A stretch of 32,000 nt of DNA from an uncultured Rhodocyclaceae bacterium. Its GTDB lineage: Bacteria > Pseudomonadota > Gammaproteobacteria > Burkholderiales > Rhodocyclaceae. The position numbers were made by a program, and so were the translations under genes. Under the pieces are notes generated by a model. That model did no database searches and was not told where the DNA came from. It saw only the letters and a program-made list of their open reading frames with translations. Where the stretch lies: the NCBI GenBank assembly GCA_907163225.1, contig OU015322.1:2754060-2786059 (forward strand), written 5' to 3'. The number at the start of each line of letters is the position of its first letter. Position 1 is the stretch's first letter. Below, piece after piece: positions 1 to 9,877 of this stretch.

Positions 1-132
1 CCGCCACAGCTTGCCGAAGCGGTAGCCCCAGCGGCCGCGCAGGAGCAATGCGGCGATGACAACGAGCGGCGCGGTGAGGATCGACCAGACGACGGCATAG
101 GCCATGAACAGCGATGAACGAATGGCTTTCAT
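1..132 (-). CDS. 5' fragment of a membrane acyltransferase gene (PlsC-like lysophosphatidate acyltransferase is my guess); continues past the window start
   Basis: The minus-strand frame is open from the ATG at 132-130 to the window edge (MKAIRSSLFMAYAVVWSILTAPLVVIAALLLRGRWGYRFGKLWR...), with a hydrophobic N-terminus. The ATG overlaps the gmhB stop (ATGA). glyQS-gmhB-plsC synteny is recalled from Betaproteobacteria. It is absent from the ORF track because it is truncated. Confidence 0.4.
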   Translation of the reverse strand, partial: MKAIRSSLFMAYAVVWSILTAPLVVIAALLLRGRWGYRFGKLWR

Positions 133-680
133 GGCGTCGTTTCCTTGAGGATGGAATCGACGGCCGCCGACAAGTCCTTGAACGTCAGCGTGCCTTCCGG
201 CAAATCGCCATCAGCCTTGGTTTTCTCACCCTTGCCCGTCATCACCAGCATCGGCTGGCAGCCGAGTGCTGCGCAAGCCTGCAAATCGCGCAAGGAATCG
301 CCGATGGCCGGCACGCCCTTGAGGTCGATGTTGAGCGTCTCCGAAATGCGCTTGAACATGCCGGGCTTCGGCTTACGGCAATCACACTTTGAGTCGGCGG
401 CGTGCGGGCAGTAGAAAATGGCGTCGATCCGCCCGCCGAGCAAGACCACGGCCTTGTGCATCTTGGTGTGGATATGGTTCAGCATTTCCATGTCGAACAG
501 GCCGCGCCCGACGCCCGACTGATTGGTCGCCACGACCACCTTGTAGCCGCTCTGGGTGAGGCGGGCGATGGCTTCCAGACTGCCGGGAATCGGCTTCCAC
601 TCGGCTGGGTTCTTGATGAACTGGGCCGAGTCGAAATTGATGACGCCGTCGCGGTCGAGGATGACGAGCTTGGTGGGCAT
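129..680 (-). CDS. gmhB: D-glycero-D-manno-heptose 1,7-bisphosphate phosphatase (HAD family)
   Basis: 183-aa ORF. It has the HAD motif I DRDGVIN and the GmhB zinc-loop signature CPHAADSKCDCRKPKPGM, and lies directly downstream of glyS. Confidence 0.9.
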   Translation of the reverse strand: MPTKLVILDRDGVINFDSAQFIKNPAEWKPIPGSLEAIARLTQSGYKVVVATNQSGVGRGLFDMEMLNHIHTKMHKAVVLLGGRIDAIFYCPHAADSKCDCRKPKPGMFKRISETLNIDLKGVPAIGDSLRDLQACAALGCQPMLVMTGKGEKTKADGDLPEGTLTFKDLSAAVDSILKETTP

Positions 681-695
681 GGCGGCCTTTCCGGC

Positions 696-2813
696 TTAGG
701 CGGACAACTTCGAAATGTCGGCGACCTTGTTCATCGCCGCGTGCAGCTTGGCGAGCAGGCCAAGGCGGTTGGCGCGCAGGGCTGGCTCTTCAGCGTTGAC
801 CATGACGTCGGTGAAAAAGTTGTCGACGGGCGCGCGCAATGCGGCCAATGCCTGTAGCGACTCGGCGTAGTCGCCGGTATCGAAGGCGGCATCGGCCTGC
901 GGCACGATGTCGACCAAGGCGGTGTGCAGGGCGATTTCTGCGGGTTCCTTGAGCAGCGCGGTATCCACCCAGGCGTCGACGCTGTCTTCAACCTTCTTCA
1001 GGATGTTGCTGACGCGCTTGTTGGCGGCGGCCAGGGCGGCGGATTCCGGCAAGGCGGCGAAGGCGCGCACGGCGGCCAGGCGCTTGGGAATGTCGCCGAG
1101 GCGCTGTGGGCGTTGCGAAACGACGGCATCGACTTCCTGCGCCGTGTAACCCTGCTCGCGCAGGCTGCCGGCCAGGCGGTCGTAAATGAACTCGGCCAGT
1201 TCGCGGTCGGCGCTCTTGAAGCCATCGACGCTGGCAAAAGCGGCGGCTGCTACGGTCAACAGGGAATTTAGCGGTAAATCCAGATTGCCTTCCGCCAGCA
1301 TGCGGATGGTGCCCAGCGCGTGACGACGCAGCGCGAACGGGTCGCGGTCGCCGGTCGGGATCTGGCCGATGCCGAACATGCCGACCAGGGTTTCCAGTTT
1401 GTCGGCCAGCGCGACGACGGTGCCGACTTGCCCGCGTGGCAGGCTGTCGCCGGCAAAGCGTGGCTTGTAGTGATCTTCGATGGCGTCGGCGACTTCAACG
1501 GCGAGGCCGTCATGCAGCGCGTAGTAGCGACCCATGATGCCTTGCAGTTCCGGGAATTCGCCGACCATGTCGGTGACCAGGTCAGCCTTGGCCAGCACGG
1601 CTGCCTGTTCGGCATGCAGCGCAAGCGCTTCGCCGCCCAATTGCTGACCGATAGCGCGGGCAATCGCGGCTACGCGCTGAACACGCTCGCCCTGGGTGCC
1701 CAGCTTGTTGTGATAAACGACCTTGCCGAGGCCTGCGACGCGGCTTTCCAGCGACTTCTTGCGATCCTGGTCGAAGAAGAACTTGGCATCGGCCAGACGC
1801 GGGCGCACGACGCGCTCGTTGCCGCCGATGACGGCCGAAGCGTCTTCCGGGCTGATGTTGCTGACGACGAGGAATTTGTTGGTCAGCTTGCCGGCGGCGT
1901 CGAGCAGCGGGAAGTATTTCTGGTTGGCCTTCATGGTCAGGATCAGGCATTCCTGCGGCACGGCGAGGAATTCCTCTTCGAACTGGCCGATCAGCACGTT
2001 CGGGCGTTCGACCAGGGCGGTCACTTCGTCGAGCAGGGCGTCGTGGTCGTCAATTACCCTGCCGCCGGCCTCAGCGGCTTTGGTGGTGAGTTGGCGGGCG
2101 ATTTCGGCATAGCGCTCAGTAAACGAGGCGATGACGGCGCCGTCGGCGGCCATTTTGGCGGCGTATTCGTCGGCGTTGTTGATGACGACCGGATCGATGG
2201 CCGCTTCAAAGCGGTGGCCATGTGTTTCACGACCCGAGTTGAGTCCGAGAATGGCCAGCGGCACGACGTCACTGCCGTGCAAGGCAACGAGGCCATGGGC
2301 CGGGCGGACGAAATTGACGCTGCTCCAGCCGTCCCGCAACTGATAAGTCATGACCTTGGGGATGGGAAGCGCGGCGAGGGCGGCTTCGAGTGCCTTTTGC
2401 AGGCCCTCTTCCAATGTCACTCCTGTTACGACCGTATCCAGCATCAATACATCAGTTTTTCCATCGTTCTGGCGTTTGAGATTTGGGACCACTGAGTCAT
2501 CTAAACGCATGGACTGAAGTTTTTTACGCAAAGCGGGCGTGGCGTTACCTCCTGCATCCAATCCAACGCTGACCGGCATGAGTTTTACTAAAACGGACTG
2601 ATCGCCTGCTTTGGCATAAACACCAGAAATCAAAGCGCCGAGTCGTCTAGGCGATGCAAACCATTCATTTAAATTTGGCGCATCAGCGTCGATTAGATTT
2701 TGGCGCAATAACGAATTGCTAAGTTCGTTAAGAAAAAAAGTACCAAGACGGCGTAGCGCCTTGGGCGGCAGTTCTTCAACAAACAGTTCGACGAGCAGAT
2801 TCTTGGACGACAT
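696..2813 (-). CDS. glyS: glycine--tRNA ligase beta subunit
   Basis: 705-aa ORF that starts 1 nt after the glyQ stop. N-terminal LLVELFVEELPPKAL and a C-terminal anticodon-binding region are typical of GlyS. Confidence 0.95.
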   Translation of the reverse strand: MSSKNLLVELFVEELPPKALRRLGTFFLNELSNSLLRQNLIDADAPNLNEWFASPRRLGALISGVYAKAGDQSVLVKLMPVSVGLDAGGNATPALRKKLQSMRLDDSVVPNLKRQNDGKTDVLMLDTVVTGVTLEEGLQKALEAALAALPIPKVMTYQLRDGWSSVNFVRPAHGLVALHGSDVVPLAILGLNSGRETHGHRFEAAIDPVVINNADEYAAKMAADGAVIASFTERYAEIARQLTTKAAEAGGRVIDDHDALLDEVTALVERPNVLIGQFEEEFLAVPQECLILTMKANQKYFPLLDAAGKLTNKFLVVSNISPEDASAVIGGNERVVRPRLADAKFFFDQDRKKSLESRVAGLGKVVYHNKLGTQGERVQRVAAIARAIGQQLGGEALALHAEQAAVLAKADLVTDMVGEFPELQGIMGRYYALHDGLAVEVADAIEDHYKPRFAGDSLPRGQVGTVVALADKLETLVGMFGIGQIPTGDRDPFALRRHALGTIRMLAEGNLDLPLNSLLTVAAAAFASVDGFKSADRELAEFIYDRLAGSLREQGYTAQEVDAVVSQRPQRLGDIPKRLAAVRAFAALPESAALAAANKRVSNILKKVEDSVDAWVDTALLKEPAEIALHTALVDIVPQADAAFDTGDYAESLQALAALRAPVDNFFTDVMVNAEEPALRANRLGLLAKLHAAMNKVADISKLSA

Positions 2814-2814
2814 A

Positions 2815-3759
2815 TCAGGCAGCTTTCTTTGCGTTCTGCTCAGCGAGCTTGTTCAGGACTTCGGCGGCCCATTCCTTTGGGGCCATCGGGAAGCCGAGGC
2901 GGGCGCGGCTGTCGAGGTAGGCTTGCGCCACGGCGCGGGCGAGGTTGCGGATGCGGCCGATGTAGGCGGCGCGCTCGGTCACCGAAATGGCGCCACGGGC
3001 GTCGAGCAGGTTGAAGGTGTGCGCGGCTTTCAGGACTTGCTCGTAGGCGGGCAGGGCCAGTTGGTTGCCCATCAGGTGCTGGGCCTGCTTCTCGTGCGCG
3101 CCGAAGGCGTGGAACAGGAAGTCCACGTCGGAATGTTCGAAGTTGTAGGTCGATTGCTCGACTTCGTTCTGGTGATAGACGTCGCCGTAGGTCAGACCTT
3201 CTGTCCAGGTCAGGTCATAAACGTTTTCCACGCCCTGCAGGTACATGGCGAGGCGTTCGATGCCGTAGGTGATTTCGCCGGTGATCGGCTTGCAGTCGAT
3301 GCCGCCGACCTGCTGGAAATAGGTGAACTGCGTCACTTCCATGCCGTTCATCCAGACTTCCCAGCCCAGGCCCCAGGCGCCGAGCGTCGGGTTTTCCCAG
3401 TCGTCTTCGACAAAACGGACGTCGTTCTTCTTGAGGTCGAAACCGAGGGCTTCGAGCGAGCCGAGGTAAAGCTCGAGGATGTTGTCCGGCGCCGGCTTGA
3501 GGACGACCTGGAACTGGTAGTAATGCTGCATCCGGTTCGGGTTTTCGCCGTAACGACCATCCTTCGGGCGGCGCGACGGCTGGACGTAAGCGGCTTTCCA
3601 TGGCTCCGGGCCGATGGCGCGCAGGAAGGTGGCGGTGTGGCTGGTGCCGGCGCCGACTTCCATGTCGTAGGGCTGGAGCAGGGCGCAGCCCTGGTTGCTC
3701 CAGTATTGCTGCAGGCGCAGGATGATTTCCTGAAAAGTCGGTTTTTTGGTGGTGCTCAT
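2815..3759 (-). CDS. glyQ: glycine--tRNA ligase alpha subunit
   Basis: 314-aa [35 protein letters not shown] matches the highly conserved GlyQ N-terminus. Confidence 0.95.
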   Translation of the reverse strand: MSTTKKPTFQEIILRLQQYWSNQGCALLQPYDMEVGAGTSHTATFLRAIGPEPWKAAYVQPSRRPKDGRYGENPNRMQHYYQFQVVLKPAPDNILELYLGSLEALGFDLKKNDVRFVEDDWENPTLGAWGLGWEVWMNGMEVTQFTYFQQVGGIDCKPITGEITYGIERLAMYLQGVENVYDLTWTEGLTYGDVYHQNEVEQSTYNFEHSDVDFLFHAFGAHEKQAQHLMGNQLALPAYEQVLKAAHTFNLLDARGAISVTERAAYIGRIRNLARAVAQAYLDSRARLGFPMAPKEWAAEVLNKLAEQNAKKAA

Positions 3760-3879
3760 CGGATGCAGTCGGTGATGTTCGGAGACTCATGATTTTACTT
3801 GCTTTTGCCACGCGTGGCGCGGAACGAAGCCGGCGGCATACTGTCTTCACCATGACTTGAATGAAAACTGGAGTGAAAC

Positions 3880-4431
3880 ATGTCGGCAACGACGAAAACG
3901 CAAAAAATCACCCTGGCTGGCGGCTGTTTTTGGTGTACGGAAGCGGCTTTTGAGCAGCTTGATGGCGTGGTCTCCGTGCTGCCCGGCTACATGGGCGGGC
4001 ACGATCCGCACCCGACCTACGAGTCCATCTGTCGAGGCGATACGGGGCACGCGGAGGTGGTGCAGATCGAATTTGACCCGGCCAAGATTTATTTCGAGAC
4101 GCTGCTGACCGCCTTTTTCACCATCCACGACCCGACGACGCTGAACCGCCAGGGTCACGATGCCGGCACACAATATCGCTCGGCCATTTTCTTCCACGAT
4201 GCTGTCCAGCAGGCAGCGGCGCAGGCCATGATCGCCCGCCTTAACGGCGAGGGCATCTGGGGCGCGCTGATCGTCACCGAAATTACCCCGGCCACGACCT
4301 TTTTTGTTGCCGAGGACTATCACCACCAGTATTTCCGCCGCAATCCGGAGCAGGGCTATTGCATGGCCGTGGTTGCTCCGAAGGCGAGGAAATTGCGGCA
4401 GTTGTTTGCTGAACGATTGAAGACCGTCTAG
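3880..4431 (+). CDS. msrA: peptide-methionine (S)-S-oxide reductase
   Basis: 183-aa ORF with the catalytic GGCFWCTEA motif and a later YHHQYF motif. Confidence 0.9.
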   Translation: MSATTKTQKITLAGGCFWCTEAAFEQLDGVVSVLPGYMGGHDPHPTYESICRGDTGHAEVVQIEFDPAKIYFETLLTAFFTIHDPTTLNRQGHDAGTQYRSAIFFHDAVQQAAAQAMIARLNGEGIWGALIVTEITPATTFFVAEDYHHQYFRRNPEQGYCMAVVAPKARKLRQLFAERLKTV

Positions 4432-4800
4432 CCGAGTTTTCATGATCGTGGCGGCAAGGTTCGGGTCTGCGGTCAACCGGAAAAAATGAGCAAAAACGAA
4501 ATGCCCGCAAGGCGCTGAATCGGCCCGGCATTGGCTGCTTTGCGGCCTCAGTTTGCGATGGCTTGTGTTGCGGCGATGCAACACGAATCTCTCCCGCGTA
4601 TGTCTGCATAATTGACGAATCCCATATAAATCAATACACTGCAATTAATGCTGCGGTGCAGCATCGGTTTCCGCGGCAGTCAGGACGTTTCGCTGCGGTG
4701 TTCGATGGATTCGTGGTCGACTTGTTACCGATGCTGTATCCCCTGTAACCGTTCGCTGTCGAGGAGGCTTCCCGGCAGTGGCAACAGTGAAGGAGGTCGC

Positions 4801-5493
4801 ATGTTTCCCTCAACCGTTTTTCCCGCATCGATGTTGCAGCTATCTGCTGCTGCGTCTTCAATGTTCCAGAAATTCCTGATGTTGGCCGGTGTGTTTTTCG
4901 TGCTGGCATTTGCTGGTGTGCAAAGTGGCAATCCCACCATGCTTGGCGGCTTGAAATCGCTGATGCCGGCGAGCGAAGAAGTGGCGGTCGATGACGAGCA
5001 GGATGTTGTCGAAGAGATCGATCCCGCTGCCGAAACGCTCAGTGCCCGGATGCGCACCGCGATGAATTACGTTTCCCGGCGCTACCACGTCGCTCCCGAT
5101 GCCTTGCAGCCCATTTTCGCCACGGCGCAGGCGGCCGGGCGGCAATTGCATCTTGATCCGCTGCTCATCATTGCCGTCATCGGTATCGAGTCGCGCTTCA
5201 ATCCATTTTCCGAAAGCGTCGTCGGCGCCAAGGGTTTGATGCAGGTCATGCCGCGCTACCATCAGGATAAATTACCGGAAGATGCCGATCAGGCAGCCTT
5301 CCTCGACCCGGTCATCAATGTCCAGGTCGGCGCCAAGGTGCTCAAGGAATCGATCCGCCGCAACGGCGGGCTGGAGAGCGGCCTGCAGCAGTTTGCCGGT
5401 GCGATCGGTGATCCGGAGCGGCGCTACGCCACCAAGGTGCTGGCTGAAAAACAGCGCCTCGAACAGGCCGTCCAGAAACTCAGGACAACCTGA
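4801..5493 (+). CDS. lytic transglycosylase (SLT domain) with N-terminal membrane anchor or signal
   Basis: I start it at ATG 4801, which is preceded by GAAGGAGG; the ORF-track start at 4648 looks like an over-extension. It has the catalytic-Glu context IGIESRFNP, followed by AKGLMQVMP, both typical of SLT domains. Confidence 0.75.
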   Translation: MFPSTVFPASMLQLSAAASSMFQKFLMLAGVFFVLAFAGVQSGNPTMLGGLKSLMPASEEVAVDDEQDVVEEIDPAAETLSARMRTAMNYVSRRYHVAPDALQPIFATAQAAGRQLHLDPLLIIAVIGIESRFNPFSESVVGAKGLMQVMPRYHQDKLPEDADQAAFLDPVINVQVGAKVLKESIRRNGGLESGLQQFAGAIGDPERRYATKVLAEKQRLEQAVQKLRTT

Positions 5494-5500
5494 TTCCGCT

Positions 5501-6337
5501 TCAGTCCGGGGCGTTGACGAACTCGATCAACTCCCGGACGAAGCGTTCTCGCTGCCACTGGTGCGGCGAATGGTCCGTACCTTCGTAGATGCGCAGCACG
5601 GCATTCGGGATGTTGTCGGCGACGTACTGCGCCGTCGACGAGTGGTAGAAATTGCTCTCGCCGCCATAAACCAGCAAAGTCGGCAGCGGGATTTTGGCCA
5701 GCACGTCGCGGTAATCGGCGGCCGTCAGGCTCAGCCAGCAGTTGATCAGCGGCTCCGGGTTCTGCGCCTGCAGCGCGGCGCGTGAGCGTTGCCAGCCGGT
5801 GGCGTTTTGCAGGTACTTTTCCTCGGCTCGCTTGTTGAGCCCGTGCGCCGTCAATTTCAGCACGCCCTCGGCAAAATCGTCGCGCAGCCACGAAACCAGC
5901 TCATGGCTGCGGTCAACCGGAAAATTCCCGTAAATTCCGTGCTCCCAGTCATCGGCCGTCAGCAGCTTGGGCGACTGGTCGATCAGGCACAGCTTGCCGA
6001 GACCGCGCGTGCCATGGTCGCGCAGGTATTGCCAGAGCGTTAAGGCGCCCATCGAATGACCAACGGCGGTGGCGTCGTGCAGGCCGTAATGGTCGATCAG
6101 GTTCCGGAGGTCACGCGCCATGCGCTCGACCGTCGCGGAACCGTCATGGGCCAGCTTATGGCCGCCATGGCCGCGTGCGTCCCAGCGAAAAACGCGGTGA
6201 TGGGCGTTCAGCTCACCCAGAAAAGGGAACCACTCCTGGCTGCTCGACGTCCAGCCATGGAGCAAAATCAGCGGCGATCCCTCGCCGGAAATCCGGACAT
6301 GGATCTTCTCGCCATCGTCGGCCACGAAATGCGTCAT
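5501..6337 (-). CDS. alpha/beta-fold hydrolase
   Basis: 278-aa ORF with HGW near the N-terminus, the nucleophile elbow GHSMG and a C-terminal DHSPH. Confidence 0.8.
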   Translation of the reverse strand: MTHFVADDGEKIHVRISGEGSPLILLHGWTSSSQEWFPFLGELNAHHRVFRWDARGHGGHKLAHDGSATVERMARDLRNLIDHYGLHDATAVGHSMGALTLWQYLRDHGTRGLGKLCLIDQSPKLLTADDWEHGIYGNFPVDRSHELVSWLRDDFAEGVLKLTAHGLNKRAEEKYLQNATGWQRSRAALQAQNPEPLINCWLSLTAADYRDVLAKIPLPTLLVYGGESNFYHSSTAQYVADNIPNAVLRIYEGTDHSPHQWQRERFVRELIEFVNAPD

Positions 6338-6398
6338 CGGCTCACTCTTTGAAATCGTCAGGCCGCCAGTATAATCGCCGCCATCAATACGGAGGAGT

Positions 6399-7349
6399 AT
6401 GGAAATGTTCGACTGGAGAGACTACGGCAACGGCATCATCGCCTTCGACGCCGGCTACGTGCGCCCGATTCTGGCTGCCATCCACATGATCGTCGACGAC
6501 GACCGCGTCGCCTTCATCGACACCGGCAGCAACGACTCGCTGCCCAACGTGCTGGAAGCGCTGAACAAGGTTGGCCTCGGCCGCGATGCCGTCGATTACG
6601 TCATCCTGACCCACATCCACCTCGACCACGCCGGCGGCGCTGGCGCGCTGATGCGCGAATTCCCCAAGGCCAAACTGGTCGTGCACCCGCGCGGCTCGCG
6701 CCACATGGCCGAGCCGTCCAAGCTGGTCGCCGGCGTCACCGCCGTCTACGGAAAGGAATACGTTGACACGGTCTATGGCGACATCCTGCCCATCCCGGCC
6801 GAACGCATCATCGACGCCCACGAAGACCTGACCCTGCAACTCGGCAGCCGCGAACTGCTCTGCATCGACACGCCCGGCCACGCCAAGCACCACATCTGCA
6901 TCATCGACCGCAAGGCGGACGCCATCTTCACCGGCGACATGTTCGGTCTTTCGTACCGCGAATTCGACGTCGACGGCCGTCAGTTCATCTTGCCGACCAC
7001 CAGCCCCACCCAGTTCGACCCGGCCGAAATGCGCGCCTCCATCGACCGGCTGATGAGCTACAACCCGAGCCTGATGTACCTGACCCACTACGCCCAGGTT
7101 CACGACGTCCCGGCCCGCGCCGCTGACCTGCATCGCCGCCTCAGCCGCCACGTCGAACTGGTCGAAGCCCATGCCAACGACGGCGAAACCCGCCACGCCG
7201 CCATCAAGGAAGAACTGGCTGCCTATTTTCTCTCGGAGCTGCGCACCCACGGCTGTACGCTGCCGGACGCGACCATCCTCGACATTCTCGCCACCGACCT
7301 TGAACTCAATGTGCAGGGCCTGACGTGGTGGATGGATCACAGGGGCTGA
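6399..7349 (+). CDS. MBL-fold metallo-hydrolase
   Basis: 316-aa ORF carrying THIHLDHAGG (HxHxDH) and a later TPGH motif. The overlapping minus-strand ORF 6384-7340 has antisense-type V/G/A/D composition. Confidence 0.8.
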   Translation: MEMFDWRDYGNGIIAFDAGYVRPILAAIHMIVDDDRVAFIDTGSNDSLPNVLEALNKVGLGRDAVDYVILTHIHLDHAGGAGALMREFPKAKLVVHPRGSRHMAEPSKLVAGVTAVYGKEYVDTVYGDILPIPAERIIDAHEDLTLQLGSRELLCIDTPGHAKHHICIIDRKADAIFTGDMFGLSYREFDVDGRQFILPTTSPTQFDPAEMRASIDRLMSYNPSLMYLTHYAQVHDVPARAADLHRRLSRHVELVEAHANDGETRHAAIKEELAAYFLSELRTHGCTLPDATILDILATDLELNVQGLTWWMDHRG

Positions 7350-7424
7350 TCTACGGGTAGCCGAGCCTTGATCGAGCCTCGATACTACTTGCCGGTATGC
7401 TGACAGCCGCGAGAAAAAGCAAAG

Positions 7425-7449
7425 CGGGAGCCGAAGCTCCCGTCTTTTT
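7425..7449. terminator. bidirectional rho-independent terminator between convergent genes
   Basis: Hairpin CGGGAGC-cgaa-GCTCCCG followed by TCTTTTT on the plus strand. An A-run precedes it, which gives a T-run on the minus strand. Confidence 0.6.
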
Positions 7450-7468
7450 GGCGCATTGAGATGCGAAA

Positions 7469-8155
7469 TTATTTTTTCTTCTGGCGACCCGCAATGCCGC
7501 CGATCAGGCCAAGACCCGCCAGCAGCATGGCATAGGGCTCTGGTTCGGGAACCGGGGTTATGACCAAGGATGTGATGCTGCCGAGTACACCGTTCGCTCG
7601 TTCATAGACAAAAGCATTCTTGATGCCGTAACCACCACCGCCTTCGGATTCCGAAAAGGTAAAAGCATTCGCGTAATAATTTGAATAGGAACCTGTTGGA
7701 GAAATATCCCAAGCGTCAAATGCGACGGTTCCTGCATTGGGTGAATACCACAGCGGTTTTTCAACGCTGGCGCCATCAGGGGTCTGCAAATTTAAATTTG
7801 TAAGATTTGAGATACCCCAGGTTTTATCGCCGAATTGCACTGAGAAATTCTTGACGTTTTCGATCGGAATTCCGTACCAATTGAATTCTCTTGGTGGCTG
7901 GGAGCCATCGCTAAAGTCCCCGGCTGCTACAAGTATCGCGCCAGCTGTATCAAATTTGAACGAACTCGTAACCGTGTAAGAACCCGATGTCACTGGTACG
8001 CCCCAGATGGCTGTCAGAGGTTCGCCTGCATAAGATTTCGCCTGACTCATGTCGAATGTGACGTTGAACTGGACTGCGTAAGTCTCGGCTTTTGCCGTCG
8101 TGACGTAGCAGAGACTTAATAAAATGGCGGCGAGTGAAAGGTGTGAGGGGCTCAA
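7469..8155 (-). CDS. PEP-CTERM sorting-domain secreted protein
   Basis: N-terminal signal peptide (LAAILLSLCYVTTAKA). The C-terminus is VPEPEPYAMLLAGLGLIGGIAGRQKKK, i.e. a PEP motif, a TM helix and a basic tail. The gene is visibly AT-richer than its neighbours. Confidence 0.8.
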   Translation of the reverse strand: MSPSHLSLAAILLSLCYVTTAKAETYAVQFNVTFDMSQAKSYAGEPLTAIWGVPVTSGSYTVTSSFKFDTAGAILVAAGDFSDGSQPPREFNWYGIPIENVKNFSVQFGDKTWGISNLTNLNLQTPDGASVEKPLWYSPNAGTVAFDAWDISPTGSYSNYYANAFTFSESEGGGGYGIKNAFVYERANGVLGSITSLVITPVPEPEPYAMLLAGLGLIGGIAGRQKKK

Positions 8156-8401
8156 GATTTTTCCTGGAGGTATTTAAGGAAGCGGGTGTGGTTTGGAGGT
8201 GCGACAGCGTTATGACAAAAGTATAGCCGTTTCCGACGTCCAAAAATGAGACGACAAGCGATATCCCGTTAGGTCAAATGGACTATTTCAAGGCATTCCG
8301 ACGAAATATGGTGTCGATTGTGCAGCCTTCCACGGTCAACCAGAAAAATTGCTCAATTTTGTGAAATCCTAGCGCCACAGCTTTGCTGTGTTCTGGCGCG
8401 A

Positions 8402-9877
8402 TCATCCGGAGCGTTGTCGTGTTCCTGCTAAACCGAGCAGTCCCAAGCCCAACATCAACCCCAACGCCAGCCAGTTGCCAAAACGCACATAGGGCGTCAT
8501 GCCCTCGTGGGCGCGGACTTCGCCTTTCAGTACGCCGGTCGTGAAAGGCTCCAGCGCAGCCTGAACCCTTCCGTCGGCGTTGACGATGGCGGTCATGCCG
8601 GTGTTGGTTGCGCGCAGCATGGGGCGGCCGGTTTCGGCGGCGCGTAGCTGGGCGATCTGCAAGTGCTGCGGCTGGGCCAGCGAGCGGCCGAACCACGCCG
8701 TGTTTGAAAGATTGGCCAGGATGCCGGCTTGCGGCAGGGCGCGGATGATCTCTTCGCCGAAGACGTCTTCGTAGCAGATGTTGGCCGCGACGTGCTGGCC
8801 GGCCACGGCGAGCGGGGTCTGGACTTCCGGGCCGCGCGTGTAGGCCGACATCGGGATGTTGGCGTAGGCCATGAACCAGGCGAAGCCGGTCGGGATGATT
8901 TCTCCAAAGGGGACCAGATGGTTCTTGCTGTAGACCTGCAGCGGTGAGGTGCCGATGCTGACGGCGCTGTTGAAATAATTGTCGCCGACGCCGGTCAGCG
9001 TGCCGAAAATGATGTCTCCATTCTGGCGCTTGGCCAGGGCTTTGAGTTCGTCGAGGTAATCTGGCGGAATTTGGTCGAGGAAGACCGGGATGGCCGTTTC
9101 GGGCAGCACAGTCAGTTGCGCCGGGTTTTGCTTGATCAGGTCGTGGTAGAGGTCGAGGGTGCGGAAAAAGGCTTCCGGCCGGAATTTCATTTCCTGCGGC
9201 ACGTTGCCCTGAACGAGCGCAACGCTGACCGGTTCGCCGACCGGTGTTGTCCACGGCACCTGCTGCAGGCTGAATCCGGCAAGGCCCAGCGCGGCGAGGG
9301 CGGGCAGTCCGACGCGCCAGCGGGCGAGCAGGGCGCCGCTGTGTGCGACGATCAGCGACAGACCATGCACGCCAACGATGGGCGCGAAGCCGGACAGCGG
9401 GCTGGGGGCGGCTTGCGAGTAGCCGACGGTGAGCCACGGAAAGCCCGTGAAAATCCAGCCTTTTATCCAGTCGACCGCAGCAATCAGCGCGGCGAAGAGG
9501 AGGGCTTGCCGCCAGAATGCCGCCGGCTGCCAGCGCTTGAAGACATAGCCCGCAGCCATTGGAAACAGCGCCATGACCGTGCAGAACAGGAAGGCGGCGG
9601 GCCCGGCCATCCACCACGGCATGCCGCCGAAGACGGAGAGGCTGACGTATACCCACGACACGCCGGTCAGGAAGAAACCCATGCCGAAGGCGAGGCCGGT
9701 GAGCAGGCCCCGGCGGGGGCTTGCGGCGTCGCGCAGCAACGTGAAGAAGCCCAGCCAGATCAGCGGCGCCAGCCAGAACAGGCCGAAGGGGGCGAAGCAG
9801 AATACGCCGCCGACGCCGATCAGGGCGGCGGCGATGTAGCGGACTGCCCGATTTTTAGCCAGCAGCGTCGTCAGCAC
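8402..9877 (-). CDS. lnt: apolipoprotein N-acyltransferase
   Basis: 491-aa ORF with a multi-TM N-terminal half and a CN-hydrolase C-terminal half (LPETA..., ICYED...). It lies downstream of corC as in many proteobacteria. The start overlaps the corC end by 23 nt and could be further downstream. Confidence 0.9.
   Translation of the reverse strand: MLTTLLAKNRAVRYIAAALIGVGGVFCFAPFGLFWLAPLIWLGFFTLLRDAASPRRGLLTGLAFGMGFFLTGVSWVYVSLSVFGGMPWWMAGPAAFLFCTVMALFPMAAGYVFKRWQPAAFWRQALLFAALIAAVDWIKGWIFTGFPWLTVGYSQAAPSPLSGFAPIVGVHGLSLIVAHSGALLARWRVGLPALAALGLAGFSLQQVPWTTPVGEPVSVALVQGNVPQEMKFRPEAFFRTLDLYHDLIKQNPAQLTVLPETAIPVFLDQIPPDYLDELKALAKRQNGDIIFGTLTGVGDNYFNSAVSIGTSPLQVYSKNHLVPFGEIIPTGFAWFMAYANIPMSAYTRGPEVQTPLAVAGQHVAANICYEDVFGEEIIRALPQAGILANLSNTAWFGRSLAQPQHLQIAQLRAAETGRPMLRATNTGMTAIVNADGRVQAALEPFTTGVLKGEVRAHEGMTPYVRFGNWLALGLMLGLGLLGLAGTRQRSG

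Noticed and set aside
1320-2495. 391-aa plus-strand ORF, together with the similar ORFs 2716-3792(+), 3847-4644(-), 6384-7340(-), 9071-9973(+), 9882-10715(+), 10977-11825(+), 12289-13035(+), 29296-29898(+) and 30856-31902(-)
   Set aside because: All lie antisense to genes with unmistakable conserved motifs (glyS, glyQ, msrA, MBL hydrolase, lnt, corC, ybeY/phoH, miaB, ahpC, napA). Their A/G/V/R/D-rich, low-complexity translations are typical of open antisense frames in GC-rich DNA.
8283-9656. 457-aa Arg/Pro-rich ORF on the same strand as lnt, in another frame
   Set aside because: Its composition (R, P, A runs) is characteristic of an off-frame reading of a GC-rich gene, whereas the lnt frame has the expected TM and CN-hydrolase features.
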